A stretch of DNA of 64,000 nucleotides. It comes from Armatimonadota bacterium (GTDB lineage: Bacteria; Armatimonadota; Fimbriimonadia; Fimbriimonadales; Fimbriimonadaceae). The notes under the pieces are model-generated. The model was not told the DNA's origin and ran no database searches. It saw only the letters and a list, made by a program, of their open reading frames with translations. Positions 46,006 through 54,532 of this stretch are shown one piece after another. The position numbers and the translations under genes are program-made. Position 1 is the first letter of the stretch. Each line of letters starts with the position of its first letter. The stretch lies in the NCBI GenBank assembly GCA_018268355.1, contig JAFDWR010000001.1:289797-353796 (forward strand). The letters run 5' to 3'.

Positions 46006-46607
46006 GACTTCCTTTCGAGCATTCCGCTCAGTTTGTCTCTTAAGGCTCTACGTCCTCTGTAAAGCCTGCTTTTGAGGGCAGGGACGCTGATTTCCAGCAT
46101 CTCTGCAGCCTCGCGAGCCGCCATGTCCTCTAGATCGCAAAGGACAAGTGGCTCCCTGTATTCTACGGGCAGTTCAGAGAGGGCTTGATGGACCGTGACG
46201 CGAATGGCGGTTCGATCCTCCCCTCCTGAGTATTGGGCGTCGGGGGGCAGTTCAATAAGCTTGTGCTGCCGCAAACGATCGATGCAGAGATTTCGGGCGA
46301 TCCGGAACAACCAGGTGCGAAAGGCTCCATCCGCTCGCAACTCATTGGACCTGCGGAGCACACGCAGAAAGGTTTCTGCGGTCGCGTCCTCGGCATCGGA
46401 TCGGTTCCCGAGCATGCGGTAGGTGTACCGAAAGATCCGCTCGCCATAGATCTCATAGATGCCACCCAGCGCGTCGGCATCGCCCCTTGCGAGGGCGGCC
46501 AACCAGCGCTTTTCGGCCAGTGAGTCCTGCGACGAATCGTCATGCATAGAAATGGACGGGGGCGCACACCCATGAGATGCGCGCCGGATCATTTTATCCG
46601 TTTCCAA
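46002..46607 (-). CDS. ECF (sigma-70 family, group 4) RNA polymerase sigma factor
   Basis: Region 2 IYEIYGERIFRYTYRMLGNRSDAEDATAETFLRV...WLFRIARNLCIDRLR. Region 4 LPVEYREPLVLCDLEDMAAREAAEMLEISVPALKSRLYRGRRAL. The true start may be the internal M21 (46547). Confidence 0.85.
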   Translation of the reverse strand: METDKMIRRASHGCAPPSISMHDDSSQDSLAEKRWLAALARGDADALGGIYEIYGERIFRYTYRMLGNRSDAEDATAETFLRVLRRSNELRADGAFRTWLFRIARNLCIDRLRQHKLIELPPDAQYSGGEDRTAIRVTVHQALSELPVEYREPLVLCDLEDMAAREAAEMLEISVPALKSRLYRGRRALRDKLSGMLERKS

Positions 46608-46638
46608 AGCAAAACGACCGGGGTTCTTGGCCCCCGGT
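46603..46638 (-). terminator. intrinsic terminator after the lipoprotein gene, upstream of the sigma gene
   Basis: Minus-strand gaccgggggccaagaaccccggtc (8-bp perfect stem) followed by gttttgctttgg. Confidence 0.55.
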
Positions 46639-46664
46639 CGTCATTTGTCTAAAGGAAGTTGAAG

Positions 46665-47432
46665 TTAGTTCAGCTTGATGTAGCGAACCTGCGGCGCGGC
46701 CGCTCCCGAAGCACCCTCAAGACCGCTGAACAGCACGAGGTAGATGCCACCGGCGTCGAGGGTCGGCGTGGTGGTGGAGTAGATGTTCTCCGTACCCGTG
46801 CGGCGCACTTCGAAGGTGAGCGAGTTGCCCGAATCAACGACGATCGGGGCTGCGGTCGCATAGTTAATGCCGGTGACCTTGTACTGGGGGTTGTCGCCCG
46901 GGTTCTGGAAGTCGATGCCCGGGGTCTCAAAGCCGTTTGCGCGGTTGAAGGCGTGGAAAACGTAAAGGCGAGCCTTGCTGCCGTTCGGCGGCGCAACGTC
47001 GATTGATGCGGGGGCGAGCTGGACCCGCTTGAGGAACTCGGTTCCGAAGTTCTGGAGTCCGAGAGCGATCAGGATCGTGTTGCTGTTCGGGGCGAACTGC
47101 TGGGTCTGCGCGGCGTACGAGTCGTTGTTGCCTGCGTCAAAGAGTTCCAGGTCGTAGGTGTCGGCGTCAATGCTGAGGCTCGAGGGGTTGTCCGACCCGG
47201 CAGGAATAATCTGCGTGTAGGTGGTCGTGAGGTTATAGGTGTTGTTGTCGCGGCTGATCTTCAGCTTGATCCCGGTCGTGTTATCCGAGACCGCGTTCAC
47301 AAATCGAACCTTCGGCTTGATAACCGTCGAGACGCCACCGTTGCCCGCACAGGAGGTGAGCCCCCCGACGAGGGTGAGTACCGTTGCGGCCATCATGGCC
47401 AGCCGTTGACTTCGCTTCCTTCCACTCAGCAT
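46665..47432 (-). CDS. lipoprotein, DUF4397-like (tentative)
   Basis: Lipobox LVGGLTSCAGN. Asn/Thr/Tyr-rich beta-rich body. Family assignment from memory only. Confidence 0.5.
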   Translation of the reverse strand: MLSGRKRSQRLAMMAATVLTLVGGLTSCAGNGGVSTVIKPKVRFVNAVSDNTTGIKLKISRDNNTYNLTTTYTQIIPAGSDNPSSLSIDADTYDLELFDAGNNDSYAAQTQQFAPNSNTILIALGLQNFGTEFLKRVQLAPASIDVAPPNGSKARLYVFHAFNRANGFETPGIDFQNPGDNPQYKVTGINYATAAPIVVDSGNSLTFEVRRTGTENIYSTTTPTLDAGGIYLVLFSGLEGASGAAAPQVRYIKLN

Positions 47433-47435
47433 GTG

Positions 47436-47717
47436 TTAATCCTGGCTCAAAGCAATCCCAAACTCTGCCGCAAGGTCTTCGGCAAAGACCTCATAGCAAA
47501 GGGGACAGCCGAGAAGAGCCGTCTCCTTCCATTGTAGCCGCTTCGTCCCGCAGTACGGGCACGACTCGCGGGATCGTACCGGCGATAGCATGGAAGTTGC
47601 AATACGACTCCACGGTCCACCAAGGACTCGATCCGCGCACGTCGAACATAGACGAAAGTTTTGGCCGTCCTGTTTCAATTGGACGGTAGCGACCCGCCCG
47701 CATCGTTCACAGATCAC
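47436..47717 (-). CDS. McsA-like zinc-finger protein (four CxxC)
   Basis: MICERCGRVATVQLKQ...LCSTCADRV...CPYCGTKRLQ...LGCPLCYEVF parallels B. subtilis McsA MICQEC...CEQCA...CPKCG...GCSECY. No mcsB adjacent. Confidence 0.5.
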   Translation of the reverse strand: MICERCGRVATVQLKQDGQNFRLCSTCADRVLGGPWSRIATSMLSPVRSRESCPYCGTKRLQWKETALLGCPLCYEVFAEDLAAEFGIALSQD

Positions 47718-47730
47718 GAGAACTCGTCAC

Positions 47731-48645
47731 TTAAACCAGCGTTGTCGCGGGGGCGCCAAACGGGGTACCGGTCTCGGTGTGGAGTCGGAAGCGGCGGATG
47801 ACCTCATTGGTGATGGGGCCCGGCTTGCCATTTCCGATCGGCGTTGCGTCGATGCTCACCATCGGGATGACTTCAGCGGCGGTGCCAGTGAGGAAGGCCT
47901 CGTCCGCGCTAAGCACGTCGTACGGCGTCAGGATGGTCTCCTCCACCGTGTAGCCCGCTTCGCGTGCCATCTGGATCGCGACGTCGCGGGTGATGCCCTG
48001 GAGGATGCCGCAGCTCGGATGGGGCGTTCGAACGATGCCCTTTTCGATGAGGAAGATGTTGTCGCCCGTGCATTCAGCAAGCTGACCCTGGTGGTTCAGC
48101 ATGAGCGCTTCGCCTGCGCCGCGTCGGTTCGCCTCTTGCTTGGCGAGGATGTTCGAGGCGTAGCGGCCAATGCACTTGATGCGCGGATCGAGCGAGTCGG
48201 CAGGAATGACGCGGAAGCTCGAGGTCACGACGTGGAGGCCGGTCTCGTACGACTCCTGCGAGTAGAGCGCAAGCGTGTTGATCATGATCATCACGTTCGG
48301 CGTTTGGTCGATCGCATCGGGGTTGAGGCCAAGGCCAGTGCCGCGGGTCACGTTCAATCTGATGTAGCCGTTGTCCAGGTCGGCCTGAGCACAAACGCTC
48401 AGGACGAGGTTGCGAAGCTCCTCGAACGGGATGTGCATCTTGAAGCCAAGGAAGGCAATGCCGCGGTATAGGCGGTGGAGGTGTTCGTCGAGCTTGAAGA
48501 CCTTGCGGTTGTAGAATCGAATGCCCTCAAAGAGACCGTCACCGTACAGCAGGGCATGGTCAGCGGCACTCACAACTGCAGACTCGAGCGGCATCACCGA
48601 ACCATTGATCCAAACCAACTTTGGCATGCCTACAGGATACTCCAA
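47731..48645 (-). CDS. ilvE: branched-chain amino acid aminotransferase (class IV PLP enzyme)
   Basis: KLVWINGSVMPLESAVVSAADHALLYGDGLFEGIRFY...EAFLTGTAAEVIPM. The start is possibly the internal M7 (48627). Confidence 0.9.
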   Translation of the reverse strand: MEYPVGMPKLVWINGSVMPLESAVVSAADHALLYGDGLFEGIRFYNRKVFKLDEHLHRLYRGIAFLGFKMHIPFEELRNLVLSVCAQADLDNGYIRLNVTRGTGLGLNPDAIDQTPNVMIMINTLALYSQESYETGLHVVTSSFRVIPADSLDPRIKCIGRYASNILAKQEANRRGAGEALMLNHQGQLAECTGDNIFLIEKGIVRTPHPSCGILQGITRDVAIQMAREAGYTVEETILTPYDVLSADEAFLTGTAAEVIPMVSIDATPIGNGKPGPITNEVIRRFRLHTETGTPFGAPATTLV

Positions 48646-48751
48646 GGCCCCCCTGTCGAAGATTCAAATTTCCGAAGGATCAAATGAAGCTAATAAATCG
48701 TCAAAAATGTAATAATTGTTAGAGGGATTGAACGTCGAAATCCTGACGAAA

Positions 48752-50137
48752 ATGAAGAAGTTCTGGGTTATTACAGGGATTGTTACGCTTGTGCCGGCGG
48801 CCACGATGGCCATTTTGGCGGCTCGCTATCAGCCAGTCATTCGGCCAAACACTCAGGTGGGACTCGTTCCCGTCGGTGGCCTCACCAAGGAAGCCGCGAT
48901 GGAAAAGGTCCGCATTTGGTGGGAAAGCGAGAAGGATCGCAAGCTTGAGCTCACCTGCAAGTCCTTCACCACGAAGATGCCGCCGATGACGGCGGGGGCC
49001 CTCGGCATTGTTGTCGATGACCTCAAGTCCATCGAGCAGTGTGAAATCAGCGACTTTTGGGATGCGACCAAGAACACCCTGAGCGGCACGCCCGAAAAGG
49101 TTGTCCTTCCCGTCGTTTACAAGTCGGTCGGAGCCAACTTTGATCAGTTGAAGAAGAAGATCAAGGACGCGATCGGCCCGATCAAGGAAGCGACCGCCGT
49201 CTATGTGAAGGGTCAGGTGGTCACGACCAAAGAAGTCACCTCCTTCACCCTCGACGAGGCCAAGCTCACCAACGCGGTGACCGATGCCCTCGGCAAAGAC
49301 GGAACCGTCGAGATTCCGCTGACCGAAGCGCCCAAGAAGGTGTCCGACGAGCGACTTGCTGAGATCAAGGAAGTCGTCAGCCAGTATTCGACGACCTTCC
49401 CGTCGTACCAGACGAATCGAAACACGAACATTCGACTCGCCGCCTCGAAGCTAAATGGCCACATCCTCCTGCCGGGCGAGAAGATCAGCTTCAACAAGAC
49501 GGTAGGGCAGCGAACGGTCAAGGGTGGCTTCCGCGAAGCTCCGGTTCTTGCCAACGGCAAGCACGATAAGGGCATCGGCGGTGGCATCTGCCAAGTCAGC
49601 ACGACGATGTACAACGCCGTGCTCCTTGCCAACCTCAAAATTGTCCAGCGACAGAACCACTCGGTGCCCAGCGTCTACGTTCCTTGCGGACGGGATGCCA
49701 CCGTGGACTGGCCGGACCTCGACCTTGTTTTCCAGAACAACACCGACAAGGCGATCGCGATCAGTTCCAGCTACGAAACCGGACGACTCACCTTCCGGAT
49801 CCTCGGATCGAAGGTTCAGGGCCAATCGGTGAAGATCGTGACCTCGGGCTTCCGATCGTGGGGCAACGGCGAAGTTCGAGTTCCCGACAGCTCGCTTCCT
49901 CCCGGACGTGAGCACGTCATCGAGGGCGGCTCGGCTGGTCGTTCGATCAACGTCTACCGCGTCGTGATGCTGAACGGTCAGGAAGTCAAGCGCGAGTTCC
50001 TCGGCCAGAGCTACTACCGAGGCATGAAGCGCCAGGTCGCCTACAGCACCCAGCGCGCCGCGCCCAAGCCTGCGCCCGCCGCTCCGGCCGCCGGTGGTGG
50101 AGAAACTCCCGCACCGACGCCTGAGCCCGGCCTGTAA
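48752..50137 (+). CDS. VanW-family protein with N-terminal TM anchor
   Basis: TM MKKFWVITGIVTLVPAATMAILAA. The VanW-like region contains GGGICQVSTTMYNA. Ala/Pro-rich C-terminus. Confidence 0.7.
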   Translation: MKKFWVITGIVTLVPAATMAILAARYQPVIRPNTQVGLVPVGGLTKEAAMEKVRIWWESEKDRKLELTCKSFTTKMPPMTAGALGIVVDDLKSIEQCEISDFWDATKNTLSGTPEKVVLPVVYKSVGANFDQLKKKIKDAIGPIKEATAVYVKGQVVTTKEVTSFTLDEAKLTNAVTDALGKDGTVEIPLTEAPKKVSDERLAEIKEVVSQYSTTFPSYQTNRNTNIRLAASKLNGHILLPGEKISFNKTVGQRTVKGGFREAPVLANGKHDKGIGGGICQVSTTMYNAVLLANLKIVQRQNHSVPSVYVPCGRDATVDWPDLDLVFQNNTDKAIAISSSYETGRLTFRILGSKVQGQSVKIVTSGFRSWGNGEVRVPDSSLPPGREHVIEGGSAGRSINVYRVVMLNGQEVKREFLGQSYYRGMKRQVAYSTQRAAPKPAPAAPAAGGGETPAPTPEPGL

Positions 50138-50147
50138 GACAATCTGA

Positions 50148-50753
50148 CTACGAGAGGATGGCGAGGTTCAAGACTTCGCCCTCTGGCGAGAGGTCGTAGA
50201 CTCGCGGAACGCCCGTTGCAAGTTCAGTTTCAAGGATTTGCTCGGGCGTCATCTTTTCCAGAGCCATGACAATCGATCGGTTCGAATTGCCATGGGCGAC
50301 GACGAGCACGTCCTTGCCCTGGCGGATGTCGCCCATGATGCACGACTCAAAGAAGGGAAGCGTGCGCTCGCTCGTGGTCTTGAGCGATTCGCCCTGGGGC
50401 GGGGGAACGTCGAAGCTGCGCCGCCAAATCTTGACCTGATCCGGGCCGTACTTCTTCGCGGTGTCTTCCTTGTTGAGGCCCTGAAGCGCACCGTAGTGCC
50501 GCTCGTTGAGCGCCTGGTCGCGAATCACTGGGATCGAGATCTCCATCGACTCGAGGATCAGTCGGAGCGTGTTCTGAGCGCGGCTGAGCGCACTCGTGTA
50601 GGCGACGTCGAAGTGGATACCGCGAAGCTTTTCGCCCGCGCGCCTTGCTTCGTCCTCACCAACCGCGGTGAGAGGAACGTCGACCCAGCCCGTAAAGCGA
50701 TTTTCGAGGTTCCAAAGCGATTGGCCATGGCGAACAAGAACGAGTTTCGACAT
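50148..50753 (-). CDS. gpmA: 2,3-bisphosphoglycerate-dependent phosphoglycerate mutase
   Basis: MSKLVLVRHGQSLWNLENRFTGWVDVPLT is the His phosphatase motif RHG. I chose the internal start (index 31 of the track ORF). Confidence 0.9.
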   Translation of the reverse strand: MSKLVLVRHGQSLWNLENRFTGWVDVPLTAVGEDEARRAGEKLRGIHFDVAYTSALSRAQNTLRLILESMEISIPVIRDQALNERHYGALQGLNKEDTAKKYGPDQVKIWRRSFDVPPPQGESLKTTSERTLPFFESCIMGDIRQGKDVLVVAHGNSNRSIVMALEKMTPEQILETELATGVPRVYDLSPEGEVLNLAILS

Positions 50754-50782
50754 GGCCAAAAGCTTACCAAAGGGAGCCGGAC

Positions 50783-52207
50783 TTAATAGTCCGCGTAGAG
50801 GTGGAACTCGTACGGGTGCGGCCGCAGGTCCACGGCGTCGCACTCGTGCTCGAGCTTGTACTCAACGTAGGTCTCGATGAGGTCCTTGGTGAACACGTCG
50901 CCTCGGAGGAGGAACTCGTGGTCTTCCATCAGCGCCTGGAGCGTCGCGCGGAGCGAACCGGGCGTCTGCGGGATGCCTGCTCGCTCAATGGCGGGAAGTT
51001 CGTAGAGGTCCTTGTCGAGCGGAGCGCGCGGCTCAATCCGGTTCTGAACACCATCCAGGCCCGCCATCAACAATGCCGGGAAGGCGAGATAGGGGTTGGC
51101 CATGGGGTCCGGAGCGCGGAACTCAATGCGCTTCGCCTTTGGCGACTTGCTCACCATCGGGATGCGGATACAAGCCGATCGGTTTCGAGCCGAGTACATC
51201 AGGTTGATCGGTGCCTCGTAACCGGGGACGAGTCGTCGGTAGGAGTTCGTCGTCGGGGCGCAGAAGGCAAGCAGCGCCGGCGCGTGCTTCAGGAGGCCGC
51301 CGATGTACCAGCGCGAGATGTCGCTGAGACCGGCATAGCCCGCCTCGTCGTACATCAGGGTCTGGCCATTCTTCCAGAGCGACATGTGAACGTGCATCCC
51401 GCTGCCGTTGTCGCCAAAAAGCGGTTTCGGCATAAACGTCGCGATCATGCCCGCCATGAAGGCCTCGTTCTTGACGACGTACTTGTACTTCATCAGCTTG
51501 TCGGCCATCGTCTTGAGCGTGTCGAACTTCATGTCGATTTCGCATTGAGCGACAGCGACTTCGTGGTGCTGCATCTCGACGACGATGCCGACCTCTTCCA
51601 TGCGCTTGACCATGCGGCTGCGAAGGTCCTGCAGCTTGTCAGTTGGCGGGCAAGGGAAGTAGCCGCCCTTGTTCTTGATCGGGAAGCCGGGGCTCGACGC
51701 GTCGCCGGAGTTCCACCATGCCTCGTCGGAATCGAGCCGGAAGCTCGCACCCCATGGCTGGTTCTCGAAGGTGAGCGAATCGAAGACAAAGAACTCGGCT
51801 TCGGGGCCAAAGAACGCGGTGTCCGCGATGCCGGTGGTCTTCAGGTACTGCTCGGCCTTGTGAGCGACGTAGCGCGGGTCGCGGCTATAGGGCTGACGGG
51901 TGAGCGGGTCCTCGACCTGACAGATCACGACTGCCGTGGTGTGCTCGTAATACGGGTCGATGAAGAGCGACTCGGCGTCGGGAATCAGGAGCATGTCCGA
52001 TTCGTTGATCGCCTGGAAGCCGCGGATGCTCGAACCGTCAAAGGGCAGACCATTCTCAAAGTGGTCCGCGCTGAAGTGCGAGGTGGGGAGGGTGAAGTGG
52101 TGCCAAGTGCCGAAGAGGTCCACAAAGCGGATGTCAACGAACTCGGCGCCGTGGTCCGAGATAAAGGCGATGGCTTCTGCTGCAGTCATGGTGGGCTGAA
52201 AGGTCAA
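50783..52207 (-). CDS. glnA: glutamine synthetase type I
   Basis: FVDIRFVDLFG...FDGSSIRGF...; the ATP-binding motif and the adenylylation-loop region are present. 474 aa. Confidence 0.95.
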   Translation of the reverse strand: MTFQPTMTAAEAIAFISDHGAEFVDIRFVDLFGTWHHFTLPTSHFSADHFENGLPFDGSSIRGFQAINESDMLLIPDAESLFIDPYYEHTTAVVICQVEDPLTRQPYSRDPRYVAHKAEQYLKTTGIADTAFFGPEAEFFVFDSLTFENQPWGASFRLDSDEAWWNSGDASSPGFPIKNKGGYFPCPPTDKLQDLRSRMVKRMEEVGIVVEMQHHEVAVAQCEIDMKFDTLKTMADKLMKYKYVVKNEAFMAGMIATFMPKPLFGDNGSGMHVHMSLWKNGQTLMYDEAGYAGLSDISRWYIGGLLKHAPALLAFCAPTTNSYRRLVPGYEAPINLMYSARNRSACIRIPMVSKSPKAKRIEFRAPDPMANPYLAFPALLMAGLDGVQNRIEPRAPLDKDLYELPAIERAGIPQTPGSLRATLQALMEDHEFLLRGDVFTKDLIETYVEYKLEHECDAVDLRPHPYEFHLYADY

Positions 52208-52373
52208 GAATTACAACTTGGCGAGTCACCCCCGTTGGTGCCCGCAGACGAGGAGAGCTATGGTCGACGGGCCCTGCCACCAATGGCAAAGCCACCCTCC
52301 GGCATCCCTTCCGAAGGCCACAACGATTGGATCGCTTCTAGGGACGAGATGAGCCCCAAGAACGATTCAGAGA

Positions 52374-53771
52374 TTACTTCACGCCGCGGATATTCTTCAG
52401 GAGGTAGCCGCTGAGATAGAAGCAAACCGCCGCAAACACGAAGATGATCGCAAATCCAAACGGCATGTACCGCTCGGGCGAGTTCGCGAGATCGACGATT
52501 CCGCCTGCCCGACCTTGCATCGCGCTGATGAACCCCTCGCGGAAGTCACCAACCTGACGGCTCAAGGCGACATGGTCTGAAACCGGCATGGTCGAGAGCA
52601 CCTTGCCCGCGATGAGCGGTCCGACCTGTTGGGGCAAGACCATCGCGATGTGCCAAACCGCCATGTCCTTCGCAGCCGCCCGCTTGTCCGGCAGGGTGTC
52701 CGCGCCGAGCGCCCAGTCCACGCTGATGTATGCGCCGTAGCCGATGCCGAAGATGATGCCGAAGACAATCGCCACGATCAAGCTGTGGGCGAGGATGAAT
52801 GCTAGCGCCATCGTGCCGATGATGCCGGTCGACCAGTAAACGATCGTCTTTCGGCCCAGCTTGTCTGAGAGGGAACCGCCGACAATCGCGCTGATCGTCG
52901 CGCCAACGAGGATGAGGCCAAGGACGATGCCGCCCGTCGCCGCCGGATTGGGCAGGAGCAGCTGGTCGCGAAGGAAGTAGGTGATGTAGGGCGAGATCGA
53001 ATAGAAGCCAACCATCATGAGGGCGCGAGTGATCCAGACCCAGCGGAAGTCGTGGTTGTCGCGCAGGACCGACCAAAGGCTGCCAAGGAACTTGTTCCAG
53101 TTGATCTTGGGCACGGGGCCCTGGAGCGGCGTTTCGGGAATCGCGATGAGGGAAAGGCCGAGGCAGATCGTGTAGACGACGATGATGACCTGGTACACGA
53201 AGATCGGATTGTTCTTCACGATGAGGCCCGTGCCGACGGCGGCGATGAGGGTCGCCACGTTGCTCATCACGCCCATGAAGCCCGAAGCCTTGCCGCGCTC
53301 GTTCTCGGGGACAAGGTCGGGGATGATGCCGCTATAGGCGGCAAGGACGGTGTTCATCCCGAACTGCAGCGCGAAGTAGCCCACGAAGTAGAGGTTGATG
53401 TTCTTTGCGCCCGACGCCGCATACATGATCCCAAGCGAGCCGATCGACATGATGCCGCCGACGAGCATGTAGGGCCGTCTTCGACCCCATTTCGAGGTGC
53501 AGCGGTCGCTGAGGACGCCAACGACGAGCGGAATGAGCAGAGCGGGGATCGCTCCGAGGGAAAGGAGAAGACCCAGCGTTTGCGCGCTCGATTGCGGCGC
53601 AAGGCGGCTCATTTCTTGGGCCAAAACCGGACCCAAGAACGCACCCCAAACAAAGTTGAAGGCGAACCAGAAGAACGACAGCTTGATGTGATCAAACGTC
53701 TTCATCGGCCTTCCTTCAAAGACAGAGGCGACGTGGGGCACTTCTGGATCGGGCGCAGCTACATGGCTCAT
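52374..53771 (-). CDS. MFS transporter
   Basis: 12-TM architecture. Motif A GVLSDRCTSKWGRRRPYML. ATGA overlap with the upstream gene at 53768-53771. Confidence 0.8.
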   Translation of the reverse strand: MSHVAAPDPEVPHVASVFEGRPMKTFDHIKLSFFWFAFNFVWGAFLGPVLAQEMSRLAPQSSAQTLGLLLSLGAIPALLIPLVVGVLSDRCTSKWGRRRPYMLVGGIMSIGSLGIMYAASGAKNINLYFVGYFALQFGMNTVLAAYSGIIPDLVPENERGKASGFMGVMSNVATLIAAVGTGLIVKNNPIFVYQVIIVVYTICLGLSLIAIPETPLQGPVPKINWNKFLGSLWSVLRDNHDFRWVWITRALMMVGFYSISPYITYFLRDQLLLPNPAATGGIVLGLILVGATISAIVGGSLSDKLGRKTIVYWSTGIIGTMALAFILAHSLIVAIVFGIIFGIGYGAYISVDWALGADTLPDKRAAAKDMAVWHIAMVLPQQVGPLIAGKVLSTMPVSDHVALSRQVGDFREGFISAMQGRAGGIVDLANSPERYMPFGFAIIFVFAAVCFYLSGYLLKNIRGVK

Positions 53772-54532
53772 GATGGGTTCTTTAGAATGGACGCGACGGC
53801 GTAGTCGTAATCTTCTTGGTCGTCAATGTCATACGCCAGATGGGGGTCGGAAAGGACCGCGTGGATCTTGCACTTGAGAATCTGTTCGACGCGGCCAATC
53901 GCCTGATCGAGGGTGAGGGTCTTGCGCACGAACTTAATCGTGGCGGAGAGGCCGAGCAGCTTCGCCATGCCGAGCTTTGACTTTCGCTGGGCAAACACTC
54001 GGTCGATCTCTGGCTTCATCCGGCTCAGCGCAGCTGAGTTCATGCGATAGACGCCGCCGAGCGTGTAGCTTTCGCTCGCCAAGGTGACAAACGTCGCGGT
54101 TGAGTTCGGAAAGGCGGCTTCGTAGGAGGCTTGCGAGACGAGCGAGCCGCAGATCTCTGCGGTCTCGGGACAACCAGCGATGAACCGGTCGATCATCGCC
54201 TCATCAAGGAACGGGAGGTCGGTGGTGACGATGAGGACGTCCTTCGTAGCGGGCTTGAGGGCGTCCAGACCACGAAAGATGTTGTCGGGGCCGGTGTTGC
54301 CGGGAGTGATCTTCAGGTCGGCAAGAGCGGTGCCAGGGTGGTTCAAGACCTCGTCAGGACCGATGACGACGAGGCGACCGATCTTGGGATGCGCCCTCAA
54401 TACGCGCAAGGTGCGTTGGAGAATCGTCTCGTCCGAGAACTGGATCAGCGCCTTCCAAGGCGTTCCGGCAACATCGCCGAAAGGACCCTTGATGGGGCCT
54501 CCAGCGGGGAGAATGACGTCGTAGCTCGCCAT
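53768..54532 (-). CDS. MobA-like NTP transferase (nucleotidyltransferase) family protein
   Basis: MASYDVILPAGG...DLPFLDEAMIDRF matches the NTP_transf_3 pattern. Confidence 0.65.
   Translation of the reverse strand: MASYDVILPAGGPIKGPFGDVAGTPWKALIQFSDETILQRTLRVLRAHPKIGRLVVIGPDEVLNHPGTALADLKITPGNTGPDNIFRGLDALKPATKDVLIVTTDLPFLDEAMIDRFIAGCPETAEICGSLVSQASYEAAFPNSTATFVTLASESYTLGGVYRMNSAALSRMKPEIDRVFAQRKSKLGMAKLLGLSATIKFVRKTLTLDQAIGRVEQILKCKIHAVLSDPHLAYDIDDQEDYDYAVASILKNPS

Noticed and set aside
50801-52414. 537-aa plus-strand ORF
   Set aside because: Antisense to glnA.
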